A DNA stretch of 64,000 nucleotides from an uncultured Caulobacterales bacterium (lineage in GTDB: Bacteria; Pseudomonadota; Alphaproteobacteria; Caulobacterales; Maricaulaceae). Position numbers and translations under genes: made by a program. The notes beneath the pieces were generated by a model. That model did no database searches. It saw only the letters and a list, made by a program, of their open reading frames with translations, and was not told the origin of the DNA. Position 1 is the first letter of the stretch; every line of letters starts with the position of its first letter. The stretch lies in the NCBI GenBank assembly GCA_964410285.1, contig CAYPFR010000006.1, forward strand, positions 18,401 through 82,400, written 5' to 3'. Positions 18,905 to 29,160 of the stretch are shown in pieces.

Positions 18905-18916
18905 GACAACGTTGTC
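18905..18916. promoter_or_regulatory. candidate LacI-family operator (perfect 12-bp palindrome GACAACGTTGTC)
   Basis: Read directly in the lacI/xylB divergent region. The central CG and AA-CG-TT architecture fit LacI-family operators. TTGACA (18903..18908) overlaps its left arm. Confidence 0.45.
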
Positions 18917-19022
18917 GAGCATAAGATCAGCTTTTGATGATAAGGCAAATAGCTCCGGCAATAAAAATAAAACGGGAAATAAAACCGTGCGCTCGCCCGA
19001 GGCGATCAAAGGGGACAAAGAT

Positions 19023-19136
19023 ATGATGACAAGACAGAGCGCTCTCCTCGCAGCCATTTTCGCGCTGGTTAGCCTTAGCTTCGCCTGCGGCGGTTACCTT
19101 ATAGCCGACGTCCGCACGCGGGCTTTTGGATATTAA
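19023..19136 (+). CDS. possible 37-aa hydrophobic leader or small membrane peptide upstream of xylB
   Basis: ATGATG preceded by AGGGGA. Encodes MMTRQSALLAAIFALVSLSFACGGYLIADVRTRAFGY. Its stop lies 2 nt before the xylB ATG. Confidence 0.25.
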   Translation: MMTRQSALLAAIFALVSLSFACGGYLIADVRTRAFGY

Positions 19137-19138
19137 TC

Positions 19139-20590
19139 ATGTATCTTGGACTGGATATTGGAACCTCTGCCGTCAAAGCTATCTTAGTTGATGAACGGCA
19201 AAATATCTGCGCAGAAGCAAGTTCTGCGCTGGATGTGTCCCGCCCGCAGCCTCTCTGGTCCGAGCAAAATCCGGCGAATTGGTGGGAAGCCGCGCGAGAG
19301 GCTGTCAAAGCGCTTGATGTTAAGCTGCGCACCGGTGTGAAAGCCATCGGGCTATCGGGGCAAATGCACGGCGCAGTCTGCCTTGGCGAAAACGATGAAG
19401 TTCTGCGCCCCGCTATTTTGTGGAATGATGGACGCAGTGCAGAGCAATGCGCGCAAATGATGACAGAGATGCCGGCCCTTACCCAGATTGCCGGCAATCT
19501 GGCAATGCCCGGTTTCACCGCGCCCAAGCTGCAATGGATGCGCGCGCATGAGCCGGAAATTTTTGCGAAAATTCGGAAAGTGCTTTTGCCGAAAGACTAT
19601 TTGCGTCTTTTGATGAGCGGAGATTACGCCTCTGATATGAGTGACAGTGCCGGCACGCTCTGGATGGATGTTGCGGCGCGGGATTGGTCAGATGCATGTC
19701 TCGCCTTAACAGGGCTCAGCCGCGCTCATATGCCCGCCCTGTATGAGGGCTCCGAGGTGACAGGCACGCTGCGCGCAGAAGTCGCCGCGGATTGGGGCCT
19801 GCCGCCCGGCCTACCGCTCTGCGGGGGCGGCGGAGATAATGCGGCGGGCGCCGTGGGATCGGGCACGATTCACAGCGGGGCAGGCTTTGTCTCTCTGGGA
19901 ACTTCCGGCGTTATTTTTACCGCCGATCAGGCCTACCGCCCAAATCCAGCCTCGGCCGTTCACACCTTTTGTCACGCGCTTCCGGCCATGTGGCATCAGA
20001 TGAGCGTCATGCTCTCGGCGGCGAGCGCCGTTGATTTCGCCGCGCGGGTGACGGGGTTTAAAAATCCAGCCAAACTCTATGAAGCCGCTGCCGCGCGCAA
20101 TACACCTAGCCAAGGCGCGATATTTCTGCCCTATCTTTCGGGGGAGCGCACGCCGCATAACAACCCGAACGCCAGCGGCGCTTTTTTTGGCCTTACGCAC
20201 AAAGACAGCCCCGAGACTCTGGCGCAGGCCGCGCTAGAGGGGGTCGCATTCGGGCTTGCCGACGGACTTGATGCCTTAAGGGAGGCAGGCGCGGCGCCCG
20301 AGGCGCTTTCTGTAATTGGCGGCGGAGCGCGCAGCCTCTATTGGGGGAAAATTTTGGCGAGCTGCTTTGATTTACCGCTACATTACCGCGGCGGGGCCGC
20401 CGTCGGCCCGGCCTTCGGCGCCGCAAGGCTTGCCCGGCTATGCATAAACGGCGAACGGCCCGAAGATGTCTGCACGCCGCCAGACATAGAGGACACAATC
20501 CTACCCGACCGCGCGTTACATGCACATTACGCAGAGCGGCGAGTCCTTTTTCAATCACTTTATACGAAAACCAAGGAGTTAGGCAGATGA
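19139..20590 (+). CDS. xylB: xylulokinase
   Basis: FGGY kinase start [18 protein letters not shown] and [17 protein letters not shown] overlap with xylA. Confidence 0.9.
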   Translation: MYLGLDIGTSAVKAILVDERQNICAEASSALDVSRPQPLWSEQNPANWWEAAREAVKALDVKLRTGVKAIGLSGQMHGAVCLGENDEVLRPAILWNDGRSAEQCAQMMTEMPALTQIAGNLAMPGFTAPKLQWMRAHEPEIFAKIRKVLLPKDYLRLLMSGDYASDMSDSAGTLWMDVAARDWSDACLALTGLSRAHMPALYEGSEVTGTLRAEVAADWGLPPGLPLCGGGGDNAAGAVGSGTIHSGAGFVSLGTSGVIFTADQAYRPNPASAVHTFCHALPAMWHQMSVMLSAASAVDFAARVTGFKNPAKLYEAAAARNTPSQGAIFLPYLSGERTPHNNPNASGAFFGLTHKDSPETLAQAALEGVAFGLADGLDALREAGAAPEALSVIGGGARSLYWGKILASCFDLPLHYRGGAAVGPAFGAARLARLCINGERPEDVCTPPDIEDTILPDRALHAHYAERRVLFQSLYTKTKELGR

Positions 20591-21903
20591 GCGGATATTT
20601 TGATCACATTGACCCCATTAAGTTTGAGGGCAAGGACAGCCAAAATCCATTGGCCTTTAAATATTACGACCCCAAAAAGGTCCTACTTGGAAAAACGATG
20701 GAGGAGCATCTACGGGTCGCTGTATGCTATTGGCATAATTTTTGTTGGGACGGGGCGGATATTTTTGGGGCGGGAGGCTTTAATCGCCCCTGGCACGGCG
20801 GGGCCAATACTCAAGCCGCGGCAGAGGCCAAGCTCGACGCGGCATTTTCCTTTTTTGATCGGCTCGGCAACCCCTTCTTTTGTTTTCATGATACCGACGT
20901 GATGGCCGCAGCAGAAACACCGCAAGAACATGTCAAAAACTTTGCCGCAATTGTCGATAAGATCGAAGCTAAAATGGAAACCTCTTCCACAAAACTTCTC
21001 TGGGGCACCGCCAATATGTTTTCTCATCCGCGCTATATGGCGGGAGCGTCGACCAATCCTGACCCAGACGTCGCAGCGTTTGCCGCGCTGCAAGTTAAAC
21101 ATTGCCTTGAGGCCACGCACCGGCTCGGCGGGGCAGGCTATGTGATGTGGGGCGGGCGCGAAGGGTATGATACCATTTTGAATACAAGCGTTGGCCGCGA
21201 GATGGAGCAGCTTGGACGCTTCTTGACCCTCGTGGTCGAGCATAAGCACAAAATCGGATTTAAGGGCGATATTTGGATCGAGCCTAAACCTCATGAACCC
21301 GCAAAGCATCAGTATGACCGCGATGTGGCGACGGTTTATGGCCTTTTGAAAACCTACGGTCTTGAGACTGAGGTCGGCGTTAATATTGAACCTAATCACG
21401 CCACGCTTGCGGGCCACAGTTTTGAACATGAAGTGGAAATGGCTAACGCCCTAGGTATTTTCGGTTCAATTGATTTTAATCGGGGTGATCCGCAAAATGG
21501 CTGGGACACAGATCAATTTCCCAATGACCTGCGCGAAATAAGTCTGGCGCTTTACTACATCCTAAAGGGGGGCGGGTTCAAAAAAGGCGGTTCGAATTTT
21601 GACGCCAAAGTCCGCAGGCAATCCATAGACGCAGAGGACCTGTTTTATGGCCATATTGGCGGCATGGACCTGCTAGCGCGCGGGCTTGAGAATGCAGCCC
21701 GTTTGATAGAGAGCGGACAGATTTCGGGTTTTGTCAAAGACCGCTATGCTGCATGGGATCGCGGCATTGGCAAAAAGATGCTTGGCGGCAGCGCCAGCCT
21801 TGAGGACATGTCGACCTATTGCTTTGAGCAAAACACCTCCCCTGCCCCTGCTTCCGGCCGCCAAGAGTTTCTTGAAAATATCGTCACGCAGTTCACGAAA
21901 TAG
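20587..21903 (+). CDS. xylA: xylose isomerase
   Basis: The internal ATG at 20587 gives [15 protein letters not shown]. Motifs [15 protein letters not shown] and IEPKPHEP are present. The track ORF start at 20440 overlaps xylB. Confidence 0.95.
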   Translation: MSGYFDHIDPIKFEGKDSQNPLAFKYYDPKKVLLGKTMEEHLRVAVCYWHNFCWDGADIFGAGGFNRPWHGGANTQAAAEAKLDAAFSFFDRLGNPFFCFHDTDVMAAAETPQEHVKNFAAIVDKIEAKMETSSTKLLWGTANMFSHPRYMAGASTNPDPDVAAFAALQVKHCLEATHRLGGAGYVMWGGREGYDTILNTSVGREMEQLGRFLTLVVEHKHKIGFKGDIWIEPKPHEPAKHQYDRDVATVYGLLKTYGLETEVGVNIEPNHATLAGHSFEHEVEMANALGIFGSIDFNRGDPQNGWDTDQFPNDLREISLALYYILKGGGFKKGGSNFDAKVRRQSIDAEDLFYGHIGGMDLLARGLENAARLIESGQISGFVKDRYAAWDRGIGKKMLGGSASLEDMSTYCFEQNTSPAPASGRQEFLENIVTQFTK

Positions 21904-21914
21904 CCGCCTAACGT

Positions 21915-22940
21915 ATGACTGGCAATCTGGGTTATAAAAAGATTGATCAGGATGATTTCGGCCGACATCCCGGCGGCGAAAAAATCACGCGCTTCACCTT
22001 GACCAATCGCTCCGGCGCGCAGGCGTGCGTGATTACGTATGGCGCGATTACTACGGCGATCAGAATGCCGGATAAAACCGGCACGTTCGGCGATGTCGCG
22101 CTGGGGTTTGAGACGATTTCTCCCTATCTGGAAAATTCAGCCTATATTGGCGCGGCGATCGGGCCGGTCGCAGGCCGGATCAGCGGCGCGCAGTTCTGCG
22201 CAGGCGGGCAGACTTATGAACTGGATAAAAATGAAGGCGACAACTGTCTTCACAGCGGCCGTCAGGGCTATCATTGCGCGCTGTGGACGCCCCAAATAAC
22301 AGGCAGCGGATTGCGGCTTTGGCTCGAGACACCCGCAGGCCGCGCAGGATTTCCGGGCCGCGTCACCTGCGCAGTTGATATAAGCTTAAGTGATGAAAAT
22401 GCGCTGACCTATCGATACCGTGCGATCAGCGATTCGCCCACGCCGCTCTCGCTGACCCATCATGATTATTTTAACCTCAGCAGCGGCGGCGCAAGGCGTG
22501 CCGATGACCACACCATTCAAATCATGTCAGATAAATACGCCGCCCTTGACCCTGACAATCTTCCTATAGGGGCGCTCGCGGATGTTTGCGGCAGTCCCTA
22601 TGATTTACGTAAGCCCGTTTCGCTGTGTCGGCAGGCCTATGATCAACATTTTATCGTGGCCGGTTCCGGCCTTCGGCACATGGCCCGCGCACAGGCGCAA
22701 AGCTCCGGCCGCCGCCTTGATGTGTTTTCAAATGCTGACGGCCTACAATTTTACAACGGCCGGTTTCTGCCAAAGACCACAGGTCTTGGCGGCCGAAGAT
22801 ATGGCCCCTTTAGCGGCTTTGCCTTGGAGCCGCAGCAGCGGCCCAATGCCGTGAATTTACCGCAATTTCCTTCCATCATAAGACAAGCAAATACACCTTA
22901 TGATCACAGCATAATTTATAAATTCGGGCTTATTGACTAA
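21915..22940 (+). CDS. aldose 1-epimerase (mutarotase)
   Basis: NCLHSGRQGYHCALW and HHDYFNL motifs, FALEPQ near the C-terminus, and position after xylA. Confidence 0.85.
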   Translation: MTGNLGYKKIDQDDFGRHPGGEKITRFTLTNRSGAQACVITYGAITTAIRMPDKTGTFGDVALGFETISPYLENSAYIGAAIGPVAGRISGAQFCAGGQTYELDKNEGDNCLHSGRQGYHCALWTPQITGSGLRLWLETPAGRAGFPGRVTCAVDISLSDENALTYRYRAISDSPTPLSLTHHDYFNLSSGGARRADDHTIQIMSDKYAALDPDNLPIGALADVCGSPYDLRKPVSLCRQAYDQHFIVAGSGLRHMARAQAQSSGRRLDVFSNADGLQFYNGRFLPKTTGLGGRRYGPFSGFALEPQQRPNAVNLPQFPSIIRQANTPYDHSIIYKFGLID

Positions 22941-22966
22941 CGCCTATGCGCTGATAGCTTAGGCCT

Positions 22967-24466
22967 ATGACACGCAAAGCTATCCTCTCCATCGATCAAG
23001 GCACCACAAGTTCGCGTACGCTTGTGTTCACGCCCGAAGGCAACGTTCTATTCACGGCCCAAGAAGAATTTGGGCAAATTTACCCTCAGGACGGCTGGGT
23101 AGAACATGATCCAGAAGCGATCTGGGAGACGACCTTAGCAACGCTGAAAAAGGCCTATAATTTCGCCCATAGCGGCGGCTATGACATTGTCGGCATCGGC
23201 ATTACCAATCAGCGTGAAACCACCCTTGTCTGGGACCGAATTACATCTAAGCCGCTTTACAATGCCATTGTCTGGCAAGATCGGCGCACAGCAGATATTT
23301 GCCGCAAGCTCAAAAAAACATATGCCGAGGAAAAGCTCTCCGCCAAAACAGGTTTATTGCTTGATCCCTATTTTAGCGCCACCAAAGCTGCATGGATTTT
23401 AGATCACGTCCCTGGCGCGCGAGCCCGCGCGGCCGCTGGCGAACTCGCCTTTGGCACGATTGACAGCTTTCTGATATGGCGGCTAACCGGCGGAGCCATA
23501 CATGCCACGGACGCGACAAATGCAAGCCGTACAAATTTGTTCAACATTCACACCCATGAATGGGACGCAAAGCTGCTGGATTTGTTTCAGGTGCCGCGCA
23601 ATGTCCTGCCGCAGGTCAAGGACTGCGCCGCCGATTACGGCCACACCGAAACCAATTTGCTTGGAGAGAGCCTGCCCATTCTCGGGGTTGCGGGTGATCA
23701 ACAGGCGGCCGCAATTGGCCAAGCCTGCTTTGAGGTTGGCAGCCTGAAATCCACATATGGCACGGGATGTTTTGTGATTTTAAACACAGGCAGCAATTGC
23801 CTAACTTCAAAAAATCGGCTTCTCTCGACAATTGGCTATCGCATAAATGGAAAGACAAGCTACGCCCTTGAGGGGTCTATATTTGTCGCCGGCGCGGCGG
23901 TGCAATGGCTGCGCGACGGAATCGAGGTAATCAAAGATGCCAAAGAAACCGAAGCAATGGTTCGCAAAACAGATAACAATCAAGGGGTTTATCTTGTGCC
24001 GGCCTTCACGGGGCTGGGGGCACCGCATTGGGATCCCGATGCGCGCGGCGCGATTTTTGGTCTAACCCGCGACACGGGCCGCAATGCCTTGGTACGCGCG
24101 GCCCTGGAGTCAGTTTGCTACCAGACTTATGATCTTTTCACCGCGATGAAAGATGATGGCGTGACCCCCGCCCGCCTGCGCGTAGACGGGGGCATGGTGC
24201 ATAATGACTGGATGGTGGAATATCTCTCCGGCGTACTTGGCCTCCCCATAGACCGCCCGCGCGTAATGGAAACCACGGCACTCGGGGCGGCCTATCTGGC
24301 GGCGCTGCAAGCGGGGCTTTATAGCTCGCTCGAAGAGGTTGCCGCCAATTGGAAAGCCGAAGCCAGCTTTACCCCCGGCATGGACGAGGATGCCCGCAAG
24401 ACAGTTTTGGGTGGATGGCATAACGCGGTTGCCCGCGTGCTCATGAGGCCTGCACAAAATTCTTAA
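22967..24466 (+). CDS. glpK: glycerol kinase
   Basis: [25 protein letters not shown] and [11 protein letters not shown]. Confidence 0.95.
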   Translation: MTRKAILSIDQGTTSSRTLVFTPEGNVLFTAQEEFGQIYPQDGWVEHDPEAIWETTLATLKKAYNFAHSGGYDIVGIGITNQRETTLVWDRITSKPLYNAIVWQDRRTADICRKLKKTYAEEKLSAKTGLLLDPYFSATKAAWILDHVPGARARAAAGELAFGTIDSFLIWRLTGGAIHATDATNASRTNLFNIHTHEWDAKLLDLFQVPRNVLPQVKDCAADYGHTETNLLGESLPILGVAGDQQAAAIGQACFEVGSLKSTYGTGCFVILNTGSNCLTSKNRLLSTIGYRINGKTSYALEGSIFVAGAAVQWLRDGIEVIKDAKETEAMVRKTDNNQGVYLVPAFTGLGAPHWDPDARGAIFGLTRDTGRNALVRAALESVCYQTYDLFTAMKDDGVTPARLRVDGGMVHNDWMVEYLSGVLGLPIDRPRVMETTALGAAYLAALQAGLYSSLEEVAANWKAEASFTPGMDEDARKTVLGGWHNAVARVLMRPAQNS

Positions 24467-25152
24467 GGGGCCGCGTCCAGCGCGGAGAGCCCGCGAAGTT
24501 TGATCTTTTTGACATCCTTTAATAGGTTTTGTGCGCCCCGAAATTCTACGGCGCGAAAGTCCGTGAGCCAGAGTTCCGCCGAGAGGTAATCCGGCTCTTG
24601 GGCTTGAATTCCAAAAGCCTGTGTCGGCAATGCCTTAAGCGAGGAGGCTGCGGAGGGTTTTGCGATATCTTCGTATCGGACTTGCACCAATTTATCACCT
24701 TTTTTAGAGGCGCTTTTCTCGAACTCAGCTAAGGTTTCGCCCCTCTTGATAAGCTGCACAGGCGCGCCCCAGCCTTTGTGGTCAACGTCGAGATTTTGCG
24801 CCATTTGATTCACATGGGCAAGCTCATGACAAAGCAGGCTGGCGTAGACATCTTCAAATTCACATGGATTTGGAATGATCACGATCGGCTCAGCCTCCGT
24901 TGATTTTTGAAACGCGCAGGCGCGGATATTGGTATTCTTTTTTCCGCGAACTTCTTCGTGCAAATCCGAGCAGCTTTCGCGCGCGTCCTGCGAGCTTTGA
25001 AAACTTACCACCACATTTTTATCCACCATAAGATGCTTTGGCGGGGAGGACCAACTCGTACAGGCACTTAAAAATATTACGGGGCTTAACTTAAGGAGTT
25101 TACCGGTGGCCGCCCCGTAAGCGCGCGATAATTGCTTTATTATTTTTGACAT
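24463..25152 (-). CDS. hypothetical lipoprotein with an HExxH motif
   Basis: MSKIIKQL...VIFLSAC lipobox and a single [10 protein letters not shown] zinc-peptidase-like motif. The gene has lower GC than its neighbours and a strongly AT-rich upstream region. The track start at 25158 is GTG; I used ATG 25152. Confidence 0.5.
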   Translation of the reverse strand: MSKIIKQLSRAYGAATGKLLKLSPVIFLSACTSWSSPPKHLMVDKNVVVSFQSSQDARESCSDLHEEVRGKKNTNIRACAFQKSTEAEPIVIIPNPCEFEDVYASLLCHELAHVNQMAQNLDVDHKGWGAPVQLIKRGETLAEFEKSASKKGDKLVQVRYEDIAKPSAASSLKALPTQAFGIQAQEPDYLSAELWLTDFRAVEFRGAQNLLKDVKKIKLRGLSALDAAP

Positions 25153-25286
25153 AATCACCTCTCACATATTTGATTGTATTTCTTATTATATACAACTATA
25201 AGATGTGTTAGTTGATTTTCTATTAGCAGCTATGGTTTACAATGCATTAAGGAAAGAAACATGCCGCAGCGTGCACATGGAAAAGG

Positions 25287-26264
25287 CTAGGCCGCGTATT
25301 CCGCAAGCCTTTGGACTGCCCAAAACATGCCCGTAATGCCAATACCGTAAGCGGCGGCATATTCGATTTGACCTTGGCCTATCCATTTGGATTTCAGCAA
25401 TGCCCATATAGCCACGAGCAACCCAAGGATTACGCCAATCTGTCCAATCTCTACGCCAATGTTAAAAAACAAAAGAGCGAGGAGTTCCGTTCCCTTGGGC
25501 AGACCAATTTCCGACAGCGCGCTGGCAAAGCCGCAGCCATGGATAAGACCAATAACAAAGGAGATCAAATAGGGCTTTCGAATAGCAAGAGAGCTTTGCC
25601 CCCTATTTTTACGCACGATCTCCAACGCCAAAAGTACAATGCTCATGGCGATTAGAATTTCCACAGGGCGCGTAGGCAAGGTCAATAGGCCAAAGGCCGC
25701 CAGTGCCAATGTCAGGCTATGCGCGACAGTAAACGCCGTCGCTACACCGATAATCTGCCGGCGGGTCACGAGCATAACAAGACCGATAACAAAGAGCAGA
25801 TGATCCCAGCCAAATATGATATGATCTAGCCCGATTTTTATATAGGCACTGGCGCGCGCAGCGCTTGCCTCAGATAGATTAAAAGCCGGATTATCTGCCT
25901 TGATCACCCCTGATTTCTCCGATCCGTCAAGATAATCGATACGGACAAAGGCATCGGTAAGCGTGCGCTCAAGCCCCTCTAGCCGTATCTCGCCAGACAG
26001 TAATGGACAGCGCAGAGTAAAGCTCTCGGTTGCCGTGCGGCCATTGGCGCGAATATCGCGCGGCCCCACCTCCTCGCAATCTGCCTCAAAAACAGGTTTA
26101 ATACGTAGGCGTTTTCCTTCCAAAACGGGCTGCTTCCAGACCACTTCGAATTGCGCGGGCGAGACCTCATTTAAATGTAGATAGGACGGGCGCACTTCAT
26201 GGGCCTGCGCCGCGCCGGCAAAGCCAATAATATATATAAGTAAGACGCAGGCCCAGCGGATCAT
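25287..26264 (-). CDS. HupE/UreJ-family membrane protein with an N-terminal extracytoplasmic extension
   Basis: Signal peptide ending AAQAHEV. About 140 soluble residues precede a membrane domain with GLDHIIFGWDHLLFVIGL and GLIHGCGFASAL, the HupE/UreJ signatures. Confidence 0.8.
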   Translation of the reverse strand: MIRWACVLLIYIIGFAGAAQAHEVRPSYLHLNEVSPAQFEVVWKQPVLEGKRLRIKPVFEADCEEVGPRDIRANGRTATESFTLRCPLLSGEIRLEGLERTLTDAFVRIDYLDGSEKSGVIKADNPAFNLSEASAARASAYIKIGLDHIIFGWDHLLFVIGLVMLVTRRQIIGVATAFTVAHSLTLALAAFGLLTLPTRPVEILIAMSIVLLALEIVRKNRGQSSLAIRKPYLISFVIGLIHGCGFASALSEIGLPKGTELLALLFFNIGVEIGQIGVILGLLVAIWALLKSKWIGQGQIEYAAAYGIGITGMFWAVQRLAEYAA

Positions 26265-27079
26265 TCGCCGGCAACCTTGACCGTATATTTGCTGACAATG
26301 TCTTGAAGGCGCTGCGCATTAGCTTCGCGCTGGCGGGAGTCTATCCACGCGGTCTGAACCTGCTCACGCACATTTTCATAGTCTGCGGGCACCGCCGGTG
26401 CGTTTTTCGAAAGCTTGACCAGATGCACGCCAAAAGCAGATTCAATCGCCTCGCCCCATTCTCCTATCGGCTTTTCTTTAAGCTGGCGCGCAAAATCCGC
26501 CCCAAAGAGGCGGGCAATATCAATGGGGGTAACATCCTGATAGTCACGGCGCATAATAAAGGGGTCCCCGAGGGCGGCGCCGTCATCATTTGGCGACAGA
26601 CCCGCCGCGGCTTGCGCCGCCCGAGCTGCGGGATCGCCCTTGTCGGGGCTGAAATATATATGCGTAAAACTCAAGCGCGGCGGAGCGGCAAAGTCAACCG
26701 CCCGCGCATCAAACCATGCCCTTAGTTCTGCTTCATCCGGGAGTTTAGGCGGGGACACATCCTCAATGAGAAAACGCATTTTCTGTGCGAGGCGGCGACG
26801 AATAATCGTATCGCGCTCTCCTAATCCTCGCGCCTCGGCTTCGCGCACAAGCGCTTCTTCTTCGACATGGGCATAAAGCAAAGCCTTGAGATCATCTTCA
26901 TTGGCGGTGCGGCGGTTTTCACCCGCAAAGATGAGGGCTTGACGCTGCATCTCGTTTTCCGAGACATAAATTGTCCGCTCGGCCTTTGAGATTTTTGCAG
27001 CCCAAAGGCTATGGCCCGCGAACAAAAGGACGCCTAAGACCAAAAAGTGGAAAAAAGGATCACGGAGAATTTTTGGCAT
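26261..27079 (-). CDS. membrane-anchored parvulin-like (PpiC-type) peptidyl-prolyl isomerase-family protein
   Basis: N-terminal anchor FHFLVLGVLLFAGHSLW, a SurA/PpiD-like helical region, and a C-terminal ...GEWGEAIESAFGVHLVKL region. ATGA overlap with the HupE gene. Confidence 0.6.
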   Translation of the reverse strand: MPKILRDPFFHFLVLGVLLFAGHSLWAAKISKAERTIYVSENEMQRQALIFAGENRRTANEDDLKALLYAHVEEEALVREAEARGLGERDTIIRRRLAQKMRFLIEDVSPPKLPDEAELRAWFDARAVDFAAPPRLSFTHIYFSPDKGDPAARAAQAAAGLSPNDDGAALGDPFIMRRDYQDVTPIDIARLFGADFARQLKEKPIGEWGEAIESAFGVHLVKLSKNAPAVPADYENVREQVQTAWIDSRQREANAQRLQDIVSKYTVKVAGE

Positions 27080-27122
27080 AAATTGCGACTCAAAAGCTGT
27101 ATTTACAGCCCCAGACTAGCGC

Positions 27123-29051
27123 CTAATTGGCGTTAATCCAGATCGGAGAGCTATAAGCACGCTCTTTAATTGTGGGCGGCAAGTCGGGGTGGCGCTCAAC
27201 GCCCGCCTTAAGCGCATCCCACGTGCTCCAGCGGCAAGTCGGGTTTTCAAGCACACGGACATAATAGCTCGCCGCCATGTCGGACTTATAATCAGGGTCT
27301 TTCCACGCCGCGCGCAGTTCCGGATCCCCCTGCCCGCTAGAGGCTTCACAATTTTCCAAATTCACGGAGGCCCCATTATCAGGGCAGCGGCGGGTCGCCG
27401 GATCAGGTCTCGCCCCGTCCGAGCACGCCACATCATAAATGCGTTCTTTGGCACTGCCGTCATGCCAAACCTTGATGATCTGAATACGATCAAGCGGAGC
27501 CGATAAAGGATCGCGCATCGCCCATGCCACAAATAATGGCGAGCTCTCTTGGGCATTTAGCTCACCGCCCATCGGCACGCCCGAGTCATAGGCGCGGGCC
27601 GTTAAATCGGCGGCCTGCAACATATCGGGCGTATAATCATAACCGGCAAAGAAACGCAGTTTCATACGCGGGCCAGAGGTGGCGAAGGTCTCCTTACGCG
27701 CCATAGCGTCATAAATTGACTCGCGCGTATTTTCTTCAGCCCAAACCCCCGCAAGACCCGAAGCCCCCCAGCGCGAGAACCAGCTTTCGGCGTTAGGCGT
27801 GCGAGAAACCCCTTCCCAGCTTTTGCTACCGCCCGGCGGAACCGAGCCGCGCGCTTCGGCTGTGCCGTCAACGAGTCCAATTTTGGACCAGTAATCTTTT
27901 TCATCAAAGGCTCCACCAACAACATGGCTATCGGAGGCCCCAATCATGCCAAATTTGTAAGGATTGGCACCCGTTTTTTTCTCAATACCTAACCCATTTG
28001 CGAGCGCTTCGCGCACGTAGCTGCCTTCCGTTTTGGAAACGACAAATGAGCTAAGCAATTTGTCGTATATTTCAAAATCGGCGAATTCATCATTCGGCGA
28101 GAGCGCCGGATGGGTTTCCGACGTGCCCTTCACTTGGGTCATTTCCACAATGGGCTCGTTCTTCAGGCGCTGCTGACTATGGGCTTTGGTAAGGGCGCTG
28201 CCGTCATAGGTCACGCTATCAAACATACGCCCATCAGAGACATTGGAATTGTGCGGAATGGCCATAACTTCATGACCGCTTGCGCGCTGCCCATCCATCC
28301 AGTCCCAAAGGTCTTCGGGATTGGTGGAATGCAAAGTCGAGAAAAGCTGCTTTGGCGCGCTGTCGCGGAAGACAACATTTCTGTGAAGATTACCGCCGGT
28401 GAAATTATCAGGATCGGAAGCGCGCGTTGTCACCGAGGTATATTCATAGGCTGCAAAGGTCGTCAGCTCGCCCGGCTTATAGTGGCGGTTCGCTGCATCA
28501 ATCGCACCTTGCCACGTCCGGCTGATAAGATCTTCGTCAAATGCACCTTCAATCGGCACGCCGCTACGCACAGAGCCGCCGATAAGCCCAAAGGCCTGAA
28601 CGATTTTATCGGGGTCGGTAGAAAACATTTCCTTGGCGATCGACAGTTCCGATAGCTTTGTACCTTCGGTATTCATGGCGGGCAAAACGCCCATATATGC
28701 CCCGTGATCTGTCGCAGCGACGAAATCCAGTGGCTGACCCCAAATTTTAATATCATAGCCTGACGGATGCTTGACCGATTCGCCCTTAGCAAAGCGGTAG
28801 ACATCATCCGGCGTCGTCCGGACATTGAAAATATAGGCATCAAAGCTATTTTTTGTATGGATATGCAAGTCACCAAAATAGGCATTGCGCTCGGCCGAAT
28901 ATCCGGCGGTTCGCGCGCCGGTTTTGGCCGCCATCTTTGACACGGCCTCCTTGCCGGCGTCCATAACCTCATCAGGGCTTGGCGCGCTTTGCGTACAGCC
29001 CGCTAGAATTATCGCCGCAGCGCTTAGGCTCAAAAAAGTTTTCATATCCAT
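27123..29051 (-). CDS. DUF3604-family protein (PHP-like metal-dependent hydrolase fold), lipoprotein
   Basis: Lipobox IILAGC. His-rich metal motifs YFGDLHIHTKNSFDAY, ATDHGAYM, AIPHNSN and GASDSHV. Confidence 0.8.
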   Translation of the reverse strand: MDMKTFLSLSAAAIILAGCTQSAPSPDEVMDAGKEAVSKMAAKTGARTAGYSAERNAYFGDLHIHTKNSFDAYIFNVRTTPDDVYRFAKGESVKHPSGYDIKIWGQPLDFVAATDHGAYMGVLPAMNTEGTKLSELSIAKEMFSTDPDKIVQAFGLIGGSVRSGVPIEGAFDEDLISRTWQGAIDAANRHYKPGELTTFAAYEYTSVTTRASDPDNFTGGNLHRNVVFRDSAPKQLFSTLHSTNPEDLWDWMDGQRASGHEVMAIPHNSNVSDGRMFDSVTYDGSALTKAHSQQRLKNEPIVEMTQVKGTSETHPALSPNDEFADFEIYDKLLSSFVVSKTEGSYVREALANGLGIEKKTGANPYKFGMIGASDSHVVGGAFDEKDYWSKIGLVDGTAEARGSVPPGGSKSWEGVSRTPNAESWFSRWGASGLAGVWAEENTRESIYDAMARKETFATSGPRMKLRFFAGYDYTPDMLQAADLTARAYDSGVPMGGELNAQESSPLFVAWAMRDPLSAPLDRIQIIKVWHDGSAKERIYDVACSDGARPDPATRRCPDNGASVNLENCEASSGQGDPELRAAWKDPDYKSDMAASYYVRVLENPTCRWSTWDALKAGVERHPDLPPTIKERAYSSPIWINAN

Positions 29052-29111
29052 TCCCCAGATTTACGCCTTTTGCGCAGAACGCGCCCAGACATATTGACGT
29101 CATCATATGTA

Positions 29112-29139
29112 AAAGGCGCGAATGGAAATCCGCGCCTTT
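29112..29139. other. 9-bp GC-rich stem-loop between the TonB receptor and DUF3604 genes
   Basis: aaaggcgcg (29112..29120) pairs with cgcgccttt (29131..29139). The T-run follows on the plus strand only, although both flanking genes are on the minus strand. Confidence 0.5.
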
Positions 29140-29160
29140 CCTTTTTTCAATTTTTCAACG

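Noticed and set aside
24463-24466. Convergent genes sharing palindromic overlapping stop codons (TTAA at 24463..24466; CTAG at 32555..32558).
   Set aside because: This is a consequence of compact genome organisation and leaves no room for a regulatory element. It is a curiosity only.
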